Part shown: in pieces, positions 21,501-31,215 of the stretch | Numbering within the stretch: the stretch's first letter is position 1 | Layout: every line of letters begins with the position of its first letter | Assembly: GCA_029938635.1 (NCBI GenBank) | Contig: JAOZUQ010000003.1 | Location: forward strand, 34,786-98,785 | Direction of reading: 5' to 3' | DNA length: 64,000 nt | Source of the DNA: Candidatus Aminicenantes bacterium | GTDB lineage: Bacteria; Acidobacteriota; Aminicenantia; UBA2199 | Translations under genes and position numbers: made by a program | The notes under the pieces: model-generated | Told to the model about the DNA's origin: nothing | Databases searched by the model: none | The model's input: only the letters and a program-made list of their open reading frames with translations

Positions 21501-22229
21501 CTGATTTTAAAAGAGAAATGGGTTATTGCAAATGGTGTCTGTAGAATATTCCAGGCTGACTCTGATGGGGATGATATCATTATCTATGATAACAGCGGGA
21601 AAGAAATTGAAAGATTATATCATCTGAGAAGCCAGCAGGTTAATAAAAACGGATCACCCAATTATTGCCTTTCAGACTTCATCCTTCCCGGAAATGGAGG
21701 GAGAAGCCGGGATTATATCGGAGCCTTCGCCCTTACTGCAGGACTTGGGATCGATAAACACATAAAACGATTTGAAAAGGATAATGATTCATATAGTGCA
21801 ATAATGCTTAAAATTCTGGCTGATCGACTGGCAGAGGCATTTACAGAACTGATGCATCTCAAAGTAAGGAAAGAAATTTGGGGATATTCAAAGAATGAAA
21901 ACATTGGTTTAGAAGATCTCTTCCGCTCAAAGTATCAGGGGATACGACCGGCTTCCGGCTATCCCTCCTGCCCGGACCACAGAGAGAAAAAAACCATTTT
22001 CAAACTACTTGATGCAGAGAAAAACACCCTTATTAAACTTACAGATAGTTTTGTGATGGACCCTGCAGCATCAGTAAGCGGACTTTATTTCTCTAATATT
22101 GAATCAAAGTATTTCAGTGTAGGCAGAATGTCCAAAGATCAGATTATCGACTATTCAAAAAGAAGGGAAAGCAGCATCAATGAAAGTGAAAGATTCCTCG
22201 CATCAAATTTGAATTATCTGAAAGAATAG
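18549..22229 (+). CDS. metH: Cobalamin-dependent methionine synthase
   Basis: All modules are present: Hcy-binding (GGCCGTT), pterin-binding, the B12-binding motif [10 protein letters not shown] (DxHxxG) and the AdoMet activation domain. Start moved to the ATG at 18549 (GAGGGG upstream), because the track start at 18462 lies upstream of the putative promoter. Confidence 0.95.
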   Translation: MKSRKIIEDILKKRVMVLDGAMGTMIQNFHLNEEDFRGERFKTTTIPQKGNNDILSLTRPDIISSIHKDYLEAGSDIIETNTFNSNGISMSDYGMQDHVYEINKTSAILARKACDEFSGKNPENPRFVAGSMGPTNKTASMSPDVNQPGYRDITFDDLREAYFEQAQGLIDGGADILLVETVFDTLNAKAALFAIEELKERTGKDIPVMVSGTITDSSGRTLSGQTLKAFYHSVSHIDLLSIGLNCAMGAEQLRPYIKELSGISKYSVSMHPNAGLPNPFGEYEQTADEFGQLIEDITGSGYVNIIGGCCGTTSDHIKKISRIIKNKPPRKIPELAKFTALSGLETVEMRPGRNFVNIGERTNVAGSKKFARLIKEEKYEEALSVARHQVEGGAQIIDVCMDDAMLNAEEAMKLFLNYIASEPDITKLPIMIDSSKWSVIEAGLKVVQGKSIVNSISLKDGEDQFLKQAGLIKRYGAALIIMLFDEKGQADTFERKIEIAERSYELLTKKIGFPPENIIFDPNILAIATGIEEHNNYAVNFINATKWIKENLGPVKVSGGVSNLSFSFRGNSTIREAMHSVFLFHAIKAGMDMGIVNPALLEVYESIPKDLLQLTEDVVLNRTDDATDKLIKYAEKAGPTGKTKKRTLEWRNKPANERLIHSLINGITEFIETDTEETRIQSDFALNVIEGPLMEGMDIVGDLFESGKMFLPQVVKSARVMKKSVALLLPHIEKERSPGESTNAGKILLATVKGDVHDIGKNIVGVILSCNNYEVIDLGVMVPAEKILRTAIEKEVQIIGLSGLITPSLEEMANIASEAERAGINIPIILGGAPTSKIHTAVRIDPQYSKPVVYVKDASKAIGVVSNLISPEKSGKYSKDVKTEYLKIRNNYENLRKASQYHSLADARKNRFMIERETYNQYKPILSDLQIFREYSLEEISKFIDWTFFFIQWDIKGKYPDILSDPVKGEEAGKLFSDAKAMLALILKEKWVIANGVCRIFQADSDGDDIIIYDNSGKEIERLYHLRSQQVNKNGSPNYCLSDFILPGNGGRSRDYIGAFALTAGLGIDKHIKRFEKDNDSYSAIMLKILADRLAEAFTELMHLKVRKEIWGYSKNENIGLEDLFRSKYQGIRPASGYPSCPDHREKKTIFKLLDAEKNTLIKLTDSFVMDPAASVSGLYFSNIESKYFSVGRMSKDQIIDYSKRRESSINESERFLASNLNYLKE

Positions 22230-22290
22230 AGTATAACCTTAAATTCATTCCGACGATCAAAATTCACGATCATAAGGATCCATTGGAACT

Positions 22291-23244
22291 ATGAAAATTA
22301 CGGAATATTTAAAAAATAGGAAACATACACTTTTTACTTTCGAACTACTGCCCCCTCTGAAAGGGACGAGTATCGAATCTATATTTAATATTATCAACCA
22401 GCTTACGGAATTCAAACCTCCATATGTGAATGTAACCTACCACAGAGAGGAACTTGTTTATAAGAAAAGAAGTGACGGATTGCTGGAGCCGTTTGTCGTG
22501 AGAAAAAGGCCTGGTACGGTCGGAATTACAGCTGCGATCCAGACTAAATATAAAATGGAAGTTGTCCCCCACATAATCTGCGGAGGATTTACAAAAGAAG
22601 AGACTGAAAATGCCCTTATTGATCTCGATTTCCTTGGAGTCGAGAATATACTACTTGTAAGAGGAGACATTGAAAAAGATACCGGGACTTTCAAGCCTAA
22701 ACCAGGAGGCCATGAGCATACAACAGAATTGATCAGTCAGGTTGTTGATATGAACAATGGCAAATATCTGGATGAAAAGCTCGTGAATACCATCCCAACA
22801 AAATTTTCAATTGGTGTAGCCGGATATCCTGAAAAACATGATGAAGCACCGAATATGGAATGTGATCTTTTTTACCTGAAAAAAAAGGTAGAAGCCGGTG
22901 CAGAATATATTGTTACACAGATGTTCTTTGACAATAAAAAATATTTCGATTTTGTAAAAGCATCAAGGAAAGCAGGGATCACTATCCCGATAATCCCGGG
23001 ATTAAAACCTGTTTCATTAATGAGACATATCAATATCCTTCCCAAAGTTTTTCATATTGACCTCCCTGCCGATCTGTCTTCAGAGATCAGAAAATGCAAA
23101 GATAACAAATCTGTCCGTGAAGTAGGTGTTGAATGGGCCATTGAACAATCAAAAGAACTAAAAGCTGCGGATGTACCGGTCATACATTACTATACAATGG
23201 GGAAATCGGACAACATCGCAAAGATCGCTAAATCAGTCTTTTAA
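22291..23244 (+). CDS. metF: Methylenetetrahydrofolate reductase
   Basis: 317 aa with FEL.PP..., NVTYH and ITQMFFD family motifs. Lies immediately downstream of metH. Confidence 0.9.
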   Translation: MKITEYLKNRKHTLFTFELLPPLKGTSIESIFNIINQLTEFKPPYVNVTYHREELVYKKRSDGLLEPFVVRKRPGTVGITAAIQTKYKMEVVPHIICGGFTKEETENALIDLDFLGVENILLVRGDIEKDTGTFKPKPGGHEHTTELISQVVDMNNGKYLDEKLVNTIPTKFSIGVAGYPEKHDEAPNMECDLFYLKKKVEAGAEYIVTQMFFDNKKYFDFVKASRKAGITIPIIPGLKPVSLMRHINILPKVFHIDLPADLSSEIRKCKDNKSVREVGVEWAIEQSKELKAADVPVIHYYTMGKSDNIAKIAKSVF

Positions 23245-23263
23245 TAAAATCCTCGTAAAAAAT

Positions 23264-24739
23264 TTATCTGATATTAAACAGCAATCTCAAGATATTACCA
23301 CTCTGATCGATAGCTGAGAACTGACCATTATTAGATGTGATATAAACAATGATCTTTTCTTCAGGATAAATATACATGTCATTCTGAATATATGGATTTC
23401 CACCATTGTGGGTAATAACATCTGTTCCTCGGCTGGATTTCGTCCTTACCCAACCATAAGCATAATAGCTGTCACCTTCCGGGCCCTCCGGCACATATGG
23501 AGTAAGATATTTTTTCTTTTCTGATTTTGAAAAAACATCATCCCCAAGAATTGCCATCCCCCATTTCAACATATCATCAATAGTTGTGAGTATCCCTCCA
23601 TTACATTTTAAATGCCAGCCGGGCCCTCCTTTGCCCCACAGTTTTTCCATTGGAGTTCCCCATCTTCTTTTTCCGTTATACCCCACAACAAGATCATCCA
23701 TTTGCCAATCCGGCAGAACATATCCTGTTTTCGCCAACCCTGCAGTAACCAAAATGTTTTTATTCAGAAAAGTTTCAAAATTGTTACCAGTGAGCTTTTC
23801 CAGTATTATCCCTGCAATGCTGAAACCAACATTTGAGTAACTATACCTCTCTCCCGGTTTATAATTCAGTTTGCTTTTTAATGCTTTCCGAATAAAGTCC
23901 TCTCTGGAAATTATTTCATAATCACTGCCTATTGCTCCGGGGAAACCCCCGGTATGTGTCAGGAGTTGGTGAACAGTAATATTCTTCTTGTCATCAGGTA
24001 CTTCTTTGAAAAATTTTGAAAGAGTATCTGAAAATGATATCTTCCCGATCGATTCCAATTTCACCAATGCGGCACCGGTAAATTGTTTAGTGATAGATCC
24101 AATCGTAAAAACAGTATCTCTGTTAAAAACTTTCTTTTTCTCCCGATCAGCATATCCATATCCCTTTGCAAGGATAACCTCACCCGCTTTAACAATGCCA
24201 AGTGCACCGGAAAACCCGATTGACTCAATCCTGGTCATGAATCTGTCTATTTTCTGAGCAATTTCACCTTTTATTATCGAACCATCATTATCAGGTCTTT
24301 CAATCTTTGTTTTCTTCGATGAATTAAAATAATTTTCAGGAGGAGAGGCCATATTAATATCCATTCTGATAATCCTGCCAGGCTGATTTTTATCAGTTCT
24401 GATCTCGATTCGTCTCCAGGCCTTCGACTTTATTCCGATGCCTATCACCTTGATCTCGTGCTCAGTGGAAAGGGAGATTTTAAAGATCGAAAAAGTTCCA
24501 TGATGACTTTCAATCATTTTTAAAAAACGAATTTGCCTCTCTTTCGGGATCTTATCAAATAATCCAACAGATATATGATCAATGACAAAACTTTCCACAT
24601 TGCCATTTTCAAGAGACCCCAGAAAGAGAGAGAGCATCTTTCCTGCTGATGTTTCCGGTAGTTTTACGTCTGTAGCAATTCCCGAAATTGAAAAAGAAAT
24701 AATGAAAACAATTATTAATACTTTTCTAAATACTCGCAT
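23264..24739 (-). CDS. Serine hydrolase, beta-lactamase family, with an extra N-terminal domain
   Basis: 491 aa with a signal peptide, SxxK motif SITKQF and YSNVGF (YxN). N-terminal extension of about 160 aa. Confidence 0.8.
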   Translation of the reverse strand: MRVFRKVLIIVFIISFSISGIATDVKLPETSAGKMLSLFLGSLENGNVESFVIDHISVGLFDKIPKERQIRFLKMIESHHGTFSIFKISLSTEHEIKVIGIGIKSKAWRRIEIRTDKNQPGRIIRMDINMASPPENYFNSSKKTKIERPDNDGSIIKGEIAQKIDRFMTRIESIGFSGALGIVKAGEVILAKGYGYADREKKKVFNRDTVFTIGSITKQFTGAALVKLESIGKISFSDTLSKFFKEVPDDKKNITVHQLLTHTGGFPGAIGSDYEIISREDFIRKALKSKLNYKPGERYSYSNVGFSIAGIILEKLTGNNFETFLNKNILVTAGLAKTGYVLPDWQMDDLVVGYNGKRRWGTPMEKLWGKGGPGWHLKCNGGILTTIDDMLKWGMAILGDDVFSKSEKKKYLTPYVPEGPEGDSYYAYGWVRTKSSRGTDVITHNGGNPYIQNDMYIYPEEKIIVYITSNNGQFSAIDQSGNILRLLFNIR

Positions 24740-24953
24740 AATAGTCCTCCTCTTTAATAATAGTATAGACTGAACTTACCACTCCAGGGTTGCATAAACA
24801 TGATAATCTGATTCTCTGGAAAATTTAGCATGAAATTATCTGGTAATAATTGGAAGATACTTTGATCAATAATTTCGATCTAATATTTGTTTTACATATT
24901 TGAAATTTAATAATAATTAATTTATTATATAAATATAAGGAAGAATACTAATC

Positions 24954-25343
24954 ATGACAGAAGAAATATATGAGATTCCTGATAAAGATGCTTTTGAAGT
25001 ATTGTCTTCGTATTTCCCGTTTTTCAATGACCCTAGCAATGATTTTTATGAGTTAAGGGTAACTGACTACTTCTACTCTGATGAAGTATTAAAATTTGTC
25101 GATGATTTTTATAAGAAAAAGTTTGATTATCCGTTTGACTGGACAAAATGGACAGATGATTTCTGGGAACTTTCAAACAATAAAGAGAGCTTTGAAAAGG
25201 CTGACATAGAAACTCTGATCAAATTTCTTTCAACAATTGTGAATGCAGACAGGTTCATCGAAGGGACAATGGCATTCGCGATAGATAATGGACATATCCT
25301 GGCAATCCTTAATAAATTCCAGGAGTATTCAAAAAACCTTTAA
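24954..25343 (+). CDS. Hypothetical acidic protein
   Basis: 129 aa ORF that is rich in D, E, F and W. AAGGAAG lies about 10 nt upstream of the ATG. I recognise no motif. Confidence 0.5.
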   Translation: MTEEIYEIPDKDAFEVLSSYFPFFNDPSNDFYELRVTDYFYSDEVLKFVDDFYKKKFDYPFDWTKWTDDFWELSNNKESFEKADIETLIKFLSTIVNADRFIEGTMAFAIDNGHILAILNKFQEYSKNL

Positions 25344-25406
25344 TCTTCTATAAGCAAATACTTTATTTTTTTTCGATCGAATTGGCAATAAAAAAGACTG
25401 TTTTAA

Positions 25407-25592
25407 TATTTAGAAAAAACCGAGAATATTCTAACAATTAAGAAAATAAATCCTTTAATCCAGAGTATAGGAAGAGCAAAAGGGTATACGGCCATCTATG
25501 ATGTACAGAGATCGGGAACAATTTATATAAATAAATCTGTAAATATCACTAAAAGTATTATTGATGCAATAAACCGAAAATACCCCAATTAG
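25407..25592 (+). pseudogene. Orphan C-terminal fragment of an OmpH/Skp-like periplasmic chaperone gene
   Basis: Open frame with no start codon. It reads ...ILTIKKINPLIQSIGRAKGYTAIYDVQRSGTIYINKSVNITKSIIDAINRKYPN*, which resembles the conserved OmpH C-terminus (I..IAKEKGY..VLD......LY.....DIT..V...LN). Confidence 0.35.
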
Positions 25593-25612
25593 AAAGATTC
25601 AGACAGCATAGA

Positions 25613-27238
25613 TTATAGCTCTTTGTCACCATCCCTTGTCTCGGTCAGTTTATGCTGCTTTCCTTTCTCTTTAGCTTCTTTTTTTAACCATTCATCAGAG
25701 TAACCTATCTCCTGCGGTCTGTTCTTCTCGTTCTGGATATATCCGTCATTATATTTTGTAACAAGCAGATCACCAAGATCCCGCCACTTTCTAACTATCA
25801 TTTCCGCATTCTCAACGCAATATTTTGTGAGATATTTTCCTGCGAGTTCCTTATCTGTTTTTAGAAGATATTCTGCCGTATGTTCTATCGCCGGTTGCAG
25901 CCCGAATTCAAGATCCTCTATCTCTTTCTGAACTTTTCGAATATCTTTTATCATATAGCTGTATCTGAGATTTGCATAATTTGCAACAAAGTTAAATGTC
26001 CACCATGCAGAGTCTCTTGTATATTTTTTCAGAGAACCAATCGTATAAGAAAGAGGAAGTTCAGTAACGGAAGTATAGATGGGAACAAAAACATTCGTAT
26101 ACGGGTTGTCCATACCATACCAGACCACACCTCCGATCTCATCAGGGACATATGCTCTGGATTCAGATACAAATACAAATCCGGCCTGTTGTGTAGCAAT
26201 AGGCCTTTCCCATGCATATAATTTCCCTCCGGACTTCCATTTCATCGGCCTCCACCTGTCAGGTGCTTCAAAAGGGCCGGATACCAGATCTTTCGTCATA
26301 TCAAATTTTGTATTTTCATAATGATCTCTATGTAATGCGATCACATCTCTTACATTGAGTTTACTATCCGGTTTTATATAAAGTTCGTAAGGTTTAAGAT
26401 TGGTATTACCATTACTGTATTTCGAGGAAATATTCATTGAGGGTGAGATCCTTCTGAATATGCTCCAAATCCTTCGGGAAGAATACCTGATCTGTTCTTC
26501 AGTGGGAGGATTATAGGCTTTTGAAAAACTGAAATTTCCATCCTTCTCAGGATCATAATACCCATGCTTTACTGCAAATGAGATAACATTTTCAGAATAT
26601 AAAACATTTCCAGGATCATTTAACGGGAACTCATGGATCCTTGACATATTAGCTGTTGCACTTACCATCCCGTCCGGGATCTTTATTGCCACCCAGACTG
26701 CTCCTATACCATCTTTCCCGGGTCCAACAATTTCCAATAGCCAGGCTTCATGTTTATCAGCTATAGATATTGATTCTCCTTCACTTCTGTATCCATGTTT
26801 CTCAACCAATGATGTCATTACTATTATTGCTTCTCTGGCAGTTTTTGCCCTCTGTAATGCAATCCTCATAAGAGGATAATAATGAAATATTCCTTTATTG
26901 CTAATAAGCTCTTTTCTCCCGCCAAAGGTTGTTTCCCCTATTGCAAGCTGAAACTCATTCATTAAGCCAATCACCTTATAGGTCTCAGGAACCTGAGGTA
27001 TTTTTCCCAATGCGCCCCTCCATCCTCTTATTTCCACCATTTCTCCGGGTTTATATTTTGCTGCAGGAGTAATTCTTAAATGGGGGTGGAATTCCCCATC
27101 ACACGAATAACTGATCATCGGAGCTCCTTTTTCCGATGCACCTTTCGTTACAAGGATAGAGGTACATGGGAACATATCAGAAGTAAAAACAAACAGTATC
27201 AACATAAAGAGAATTGATTGAAAAAACTTTTTATACAT
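25613..27238 (-). CDS. C69 family dipeptidase
   Basis: 541 aa. After the signal sequence comes the mature N-terminal Cys nucleophile context FPCTSILV, followed by C69-like conserved blocks. Confidence 0.8.
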   Translation of the reverse strand: MYKKFFQSILFMLILFVFTSDMFPCTSILVTKGASEKGAPMISYSCDGEFHPHLRITPAAKYKPGEMVEIRGWRGALGKIPQVPETYKVIGLMNEFQLAIGETTFGGRKELISNKGIFHYYPLMRIALQRAKTAREAIIVMTSLVEKHGYRSEGESISIADKHEAWLLEIVGPGKDGIGAVWVAIKIPDGMVSATANMSRIHEFPLNDPGNVLYSENVISFAVKHGYYDPEKDGNFSFSKAYNPPTEEQIRYSSRRIWSIFRRISPSMNISSKYSNGNTNLKPYELYIKPDSKLNVRDVIALHRDHYENTKFDMTKDLVSGPFEAPDRWRPMKWKSGGKLYAWERPIATQQAGFVFVSESRAYVPDEIGGVVWYGMDNPYTNVFVPIYTSVTELPLSYTIGSLKKYTRDSAWWTFNFVANYANLRYSYMIKDIRKVQKEIEDLEFGLQPAIEHTAEYLLKTDKELAGKYLTKYCVENAEMIVRKWRDLGDLLVTKYNDGYIQNEKNRPQEIGYSDEWLKKEAKEKGKQHKLTETRDGDKEL

Positions 27239-27429
27239 TTTTAATCTCCTTTACAACTTTTTGATATAAGAAGAAATATTATGAAAAATAGATTCTAATG
27301 TCAAAAACCATAAGAGTTATATCGCCCATTTATCACATGAAAAACCTTACTCTATAATTAATTCAATTTTATTGTATAATGGATTTTTAATGTTGATATT
27401 TTTAACAATACTTTAGAGAAAGATCATAT

Positions 27430-28803
27430 ATGGAAATAAATAACAAAGAACAGAAAAAAAATGCCCTGATCGCTGCTTCGCTGGCATCATTTCTTACACC
27501 CTTCATGGGCTCATCAATAAATATAGCTCTTCCTGCTATCGGTTCCGACTATCAGGCGAATGCGATCCTGTTAAGTTGGATTGCAACATCTTATCTCCTG
27601 GCCTCGGCAGTTTTCCTTGTCCCGTTCGGCAGAGTGGCAGATATCAAGGGGAGAAAAAAAGTTTTTATTCTCGGGATTATTATCTTTACCATATTCTCAT
27701 TCCTCTGTGGAACTGCAGGTTCAGTTCAACAACTCATAATATTCAGAATTTTCCAGGCTGCCGGAAGCGGTATGATATTCGGAACAGGTATGGCAATATT
27801 GACATCAGTATTCCCTGCGAATGAACGGGGAAAAGCCTTCGGCCTGGCAGTTATGGCAGTTTATATCGGATTGTCGCTGGGCCCGTCCGCAGGCGGAATC
27901 CTGACGGAGTACTTCGGTTGGAGGAGTATTTTTTATCTGGTTACAATTCTCGGTTTTATTACAACTTATATTGTCATCAGAAAATTGAAAGGTGAATGGA
28001 AAGAAGCAGAAGGGGAAAAATTTGACTTCACCGGTTCTATTCTATACGGGCTCGCACTGGTTCTTATAATGTATGGTTTCCCTAAACTGAACAGCAAAAC
28101 AGGGCTGGCTATTTTTCTCTCTGGATTATTATTTTTAATAACCTTTATTTACTGGGAATTAAGATCTGATTTCCCACTCCTTAATCTTCGCCTGTTCAGG
28201 CAGAATATGATCTTCAGATATTCTAATCTTGCAGCACTTATAAATTATTGCGCCACATTTGCTGTTGCTTTTCTTTTAAGTTTCTATCTGCAATATGCAA
28301 AAGGATTCAGTCCGAAAGAAGCAGGATTCATACTCGTTGTCCAACCGATAATCATGGCCTTATTTTCTCCACCTGCAGGCAGACTTTCAGACAGGATCGA
28401 TCCTGGGAAGGTAGCATCGATCGGGATGGCGATCTCAACATTCGGTCTCTTTATTCTCAGTTTCATTTCAAAGGATACATCTGTCCTGTTTATAATAGGA
28501 GTACTTATTATGCTGGGAACCGGTTTTGCTCTCTTCTCATCGCCGAACTCAAATGCAATAATGAGCTCAGTTCAGAAAAGAGATCTTGGTATCGCATCGG
28601 GTACCCTCGGAACCATGAGACTCGTCGGACAGATGCTCAGTATGGGTATAGTAATGATGCTGTTCGCTCTTTTTATCGGCCAGGCAAAGATCGGACCAGA
28701 AAATGTAGCAAGCCTTTTAAAATCTGTAAAAATATCTTTTTCTATCTTTGCCTTTCTCTGCTTTTTAGGAATATTCGCTTCCCTTGCCCGTCAGAAAAGA
28801 TAA
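27430..28803 (+). CDS. MFS transporter (14-TM drug:H+ antiporter-like)
   Basis: 457 aa with about 14 hydrophobic segments and the MFS motif GRVADIKGRKK between TM2 and TM3. Confidence 0.85.
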   Translation: MEINNKEQKKNALIAASLASFLTPFMGSSINIALPAIGSDYQANAILLSWIATSYLLASAVFLVPFGRVADIKGRKKVFILGIIIFTIFSFLCGTAGSVQQLIIFRIFQAAGSGMIFGTGMAILTSVFPANERGKAFGLAVMAVYIGLSLGPSAGGILTEYFGWRSIFYLVTILGFITTYIVIRKLKGEWKEAEGEKFDFTGSILYGLALVLIMYGFPKLNSKTGLAIFLSGLLFLITFIYWELRSDFPLLNLRLFRQNMIFRYSNLAALINYCATFAVAFLLSFYLQYAKGFSPKEAGFILVVQPIIMALFSPPAGRLSDRIDPGKVASIGMAISTFGLFILSFISKDTSVLFIIGVLIMLGTGFALFSSPNSNAIMSSVQKRDLGIASGTLGTMRLVGQMLSMGIVMMLFALFIGQAKIGPENVASLLKSVKISFSIFAFLCFLGIFASLARQKR

Positions 28804-28808
28804 TCTTA

Positions 28809-30974
28809 TTATTTATCCATTCCAAGAAGATCAAATATGAATGCATATTCAAGAGCTGTCTCTTTATATCGTCTGAATCTTCCGGAAGCTCCGCCATGCC
28901 CTGCATCCATATTAATATTAAGGTAAAGAGGATTCTTATCTGTTTTTTTGTACCTCAGTTTTGCCACCCATTTTGCCGGTTCCCAATACTGTACCTGGGA
29001 ATCATGAAGCCCGGTGGTTACAAGCATTGCTGAATAATCCTTACGCTCTACATGATCATATGGTGAATAGGAGAGCATATAATCATAATATTTCTTTTCA
29101 TTAGGATTCCCCCATTCATCATATTCTGAAGTAGTCAAAGGTATTGTGTCATCAAGCATTGTTGTAACAACATCAACCCATGGGACATGTGCAATAATGC
29201 CTTTGAACAGATCCGGCCTCATATTTGCAATTGCTCCCATGAGAAGCCCTCCTGCACTTCCTCCCATAGCAAAAACCTTTGAAGGATCCCCATATTTCTC
29301 ATCGATCAGGAATTGAGTACAATCGATAAAATCTGTAAATGTATTCTTTTTCTTCAGAAGTTTCCCGTCCTCATACCAGTGACGCCCCATCTCCTGTCCG
29401 CCCCTTACATGAGCTACGGCATAAACAAATCCACGGTCAAGAAGACTCAATCTATATGAACGGAAGCCTGCACTCATACTTGCTCCATATGAACCATATG
29501 CATATACATAAAGAGGGTTTTTCCCTTTGTTGAACTTATCTTTTCTAAAAACAAGTGAAATTGGGATTTTCATATCGTCCCTGGCAGTAGCAAAATATCT
29601 TTTTGTTTTGTAATTTGCAGGATCAAATCCCCCCAGGATCTTCTCCTGTTTAAGAAGTTTCCTCTCCCTGGTTACCATATCAAAATCAAATTCTGAATCA
29701 GGAGTGGTCATCGAAGAATATTTATACCTCAATATCACAGTATCAAATTCATAGTTCCTCCCGAGGTAGGCAGAATATGCCTCTTCTCCGAATTCCATAA
29801 AATATTCACTTTTATCAATCCATTTTATGATCCTGAACCTGTTAAGCCCGTACTTCCTCTCATTAACCACGAGGTAATCTTTAAAAAGATCAAAGTCCGA
29901 GAGGAAAATATCATCTCTGTTCGGAATGATCTCCTGCCAGTTCTCTTTTTCAGTTTTATTTATCGGAGTGGAAACCAATCTGAAATTTTTTGCCATATAA
30001 TTGGTCTTTATATAAAATTTTTCACCGAGATGATCAACATCGTACTCTATTCCTCTCTCTCTAGGATGAATTATTTTAAACTTATCATCAGGAGAATCAG
30101 CTTTTATAAAGCGGTATTCAGAAGTGAGAGTGCTTCCCGACCCTATCATAATAAACCTTTCTGATTTTGTCTTAAAAGCAAAAACTGAAAAAGTTGGGTC
30201 CGTTTCATGGAATATCAATTTATCTTTACCCGGATCACCACTCAGTATGTGTTTAAATATCTTGAATGATCTGAGAGTTTTATCTTTCTTTGTATAGAAA
30301 ATAGTTTTGTTGTCATTTGCCCATATTGCAGATCCGGTTGTGTTTTTGATCTCATTCTTGAGCATCTTACCGGAAACAAGATCTTTAAAATGGATCGTAT
30401 ATTTCCTTCTGCTTACTTTATCAACACCATATGCAAGGAGTTTATTATCTATACTTATTGAAAGGCCTCTGACATTAAAATATTTATATCCTTCTGCCAT
30501 TTTATTTACATCAAGAAGTATCTCTTCTTTCATATCAAGCGTCCCTTTCTTTCGGCAATGGATAGGATATTCCTTCCCTTTTTCATATCTGACATAGTAG
30601 TAATATCCATTCTTCTTATAAGGAACGGTCGAATCATCTTTCACAATTCTACCGGTAATCTCTTTGTACAGCTTATTCTGAAGAACCTCAGTATGTTTCA
30701 TTGAATCCTTCAGATATTTATTTTCAGCATTAAGATAATTGATAACTTCCGGATCTTCCCTTTCTCTGAGCCAGAAATAATTATCAATTCTGGTATCACC
30801 GAACTTTACAAGTTCTTTTTTTATCCTCTTTGCAACAGGGTGTTCTATTTTTTTCTTCAATTTTTCACCTCCACCCGCATCTTCTTTCGATAGGATATCT
30901 CCCGGAATACTGAGAAATAAGATAATTATCAGAAAAGTAAGGATAGAACTCTTAAATACAAATTTAATACTCAT
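28809..30974 (-). CDS. ptrB: Oligopeptidase B (protease II), S9A family
   Basis: 721 aa with catalytic GGSAGGLLMG. The C-terminal block PLTTSEYDEWGNP..YYDYMLSYSPYD...TTGLHDSQVQYWEPAKWVAKLR...GHGG.SGRF closely resembles E. coli PtrB as I recall it. N-terminal signal peptide. Confidence 0.9.
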   Translation of the reverse strand: MSIKFVFKSSILTFLIIILFLSIPGDILSKEDAGGGEKLKKKIEHPVAKRIKKELVKFGDTRIDNYFWLREREDPEVINYLNAENKYLKDSMKHTEVLQNKLYKEITGRIVKDDSTVPYKKNGYYYYVRYEKGKEYPIHCRKKGTLDMKEEILLDVNKMAEGYKYFNVRGLSISIDNKLLAYGVDKVSRRKYTIHFKDLVSGKMLKNEIKNTTGSAIWANDNKTIFYTKKDKTLRSFKIFKHILSGDPGKDKLIFHETDPTFSVFAFKTKSERFIMIGSGSTLTSEYRFIKADSPDDKFKIIHPRERGIEYDVDHLGEKFYIKTNYMAKNFRLVSTPINKTEKENWQEIIPNRDDIFLSDFDLFKDYLVVNERKYGLNRFRIIKWIDKSEYFMEFGEEAYSAYLGRNYEFDTVILRYKYSSMTTPDSEFDFDMVTRERKLLKQEKILGGFDPANYKTKRYFATARDDMKIPISLVFRKDKFNKGKNPLYVYAYGSYGASMSAGFRSYRLSLLDRGFVYAVAHVRGGQEMGRHWYEDGKLLKKKNTFTDFIDCTQFLIDEKYGDPSKVFAMGGSAGGLLMGAIANMRPDLFKGIIAHVPWVDVVTTMLDDTIPLTTSEYDEWGNPNEKKYYDYMLSYSPYDHVERKDYSAMLVTTGLHDSQVQYWEPAKWVAKLRYKKTDKNPLYLNINMDAGHGGASGRFRRYKETALEYAFIFDLLGMDK

Positions 30975-31215
30975 TGTTTACTCCTTTAGCGATTCTTTTG
31001 ATGTCTGCATTTATTAATTTTCATTATATAGGAGTAAAAAATTAAAGGAAAGAAAATTTGTTGTTCAGACAAAAAAAACTAATATTTTCAGATAATAAAA
31101 TTATTATTTATTTTTAACGAATAGGGATTTAGCATTAGCATAATCTACAAACTTGAATATTAAAGCTATTTCTGCTAATAGTAACAACAATAATGTTGTC
31201 TTAAGGAGGTTCCGT

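Noticed and set aside
28248-29033. 261-aa plus-strand ORF spanning the MFS 3' end and the ptrB 3' end
   Set aside because: It lies in an alternative frame of a well-supported MFS gene and antisense to a very well-supported ptrB. The translation is low-complexity (Cys/Arg/Ser-rich) and has no recognisable motif, so it is most likely a chance ORF.
31153-31215. N-terminal 21-codon extension of the SSS transporter ORF, and the antisense 126-aa ORF at 31104-31484
   Set aside because: A perfect AAGGAGG lies inside the extension, 7 nt before an in-frame TTG that yields the family-typical N-terminus. The antisense ORF has no motif and overlaps the conserved transporter start.
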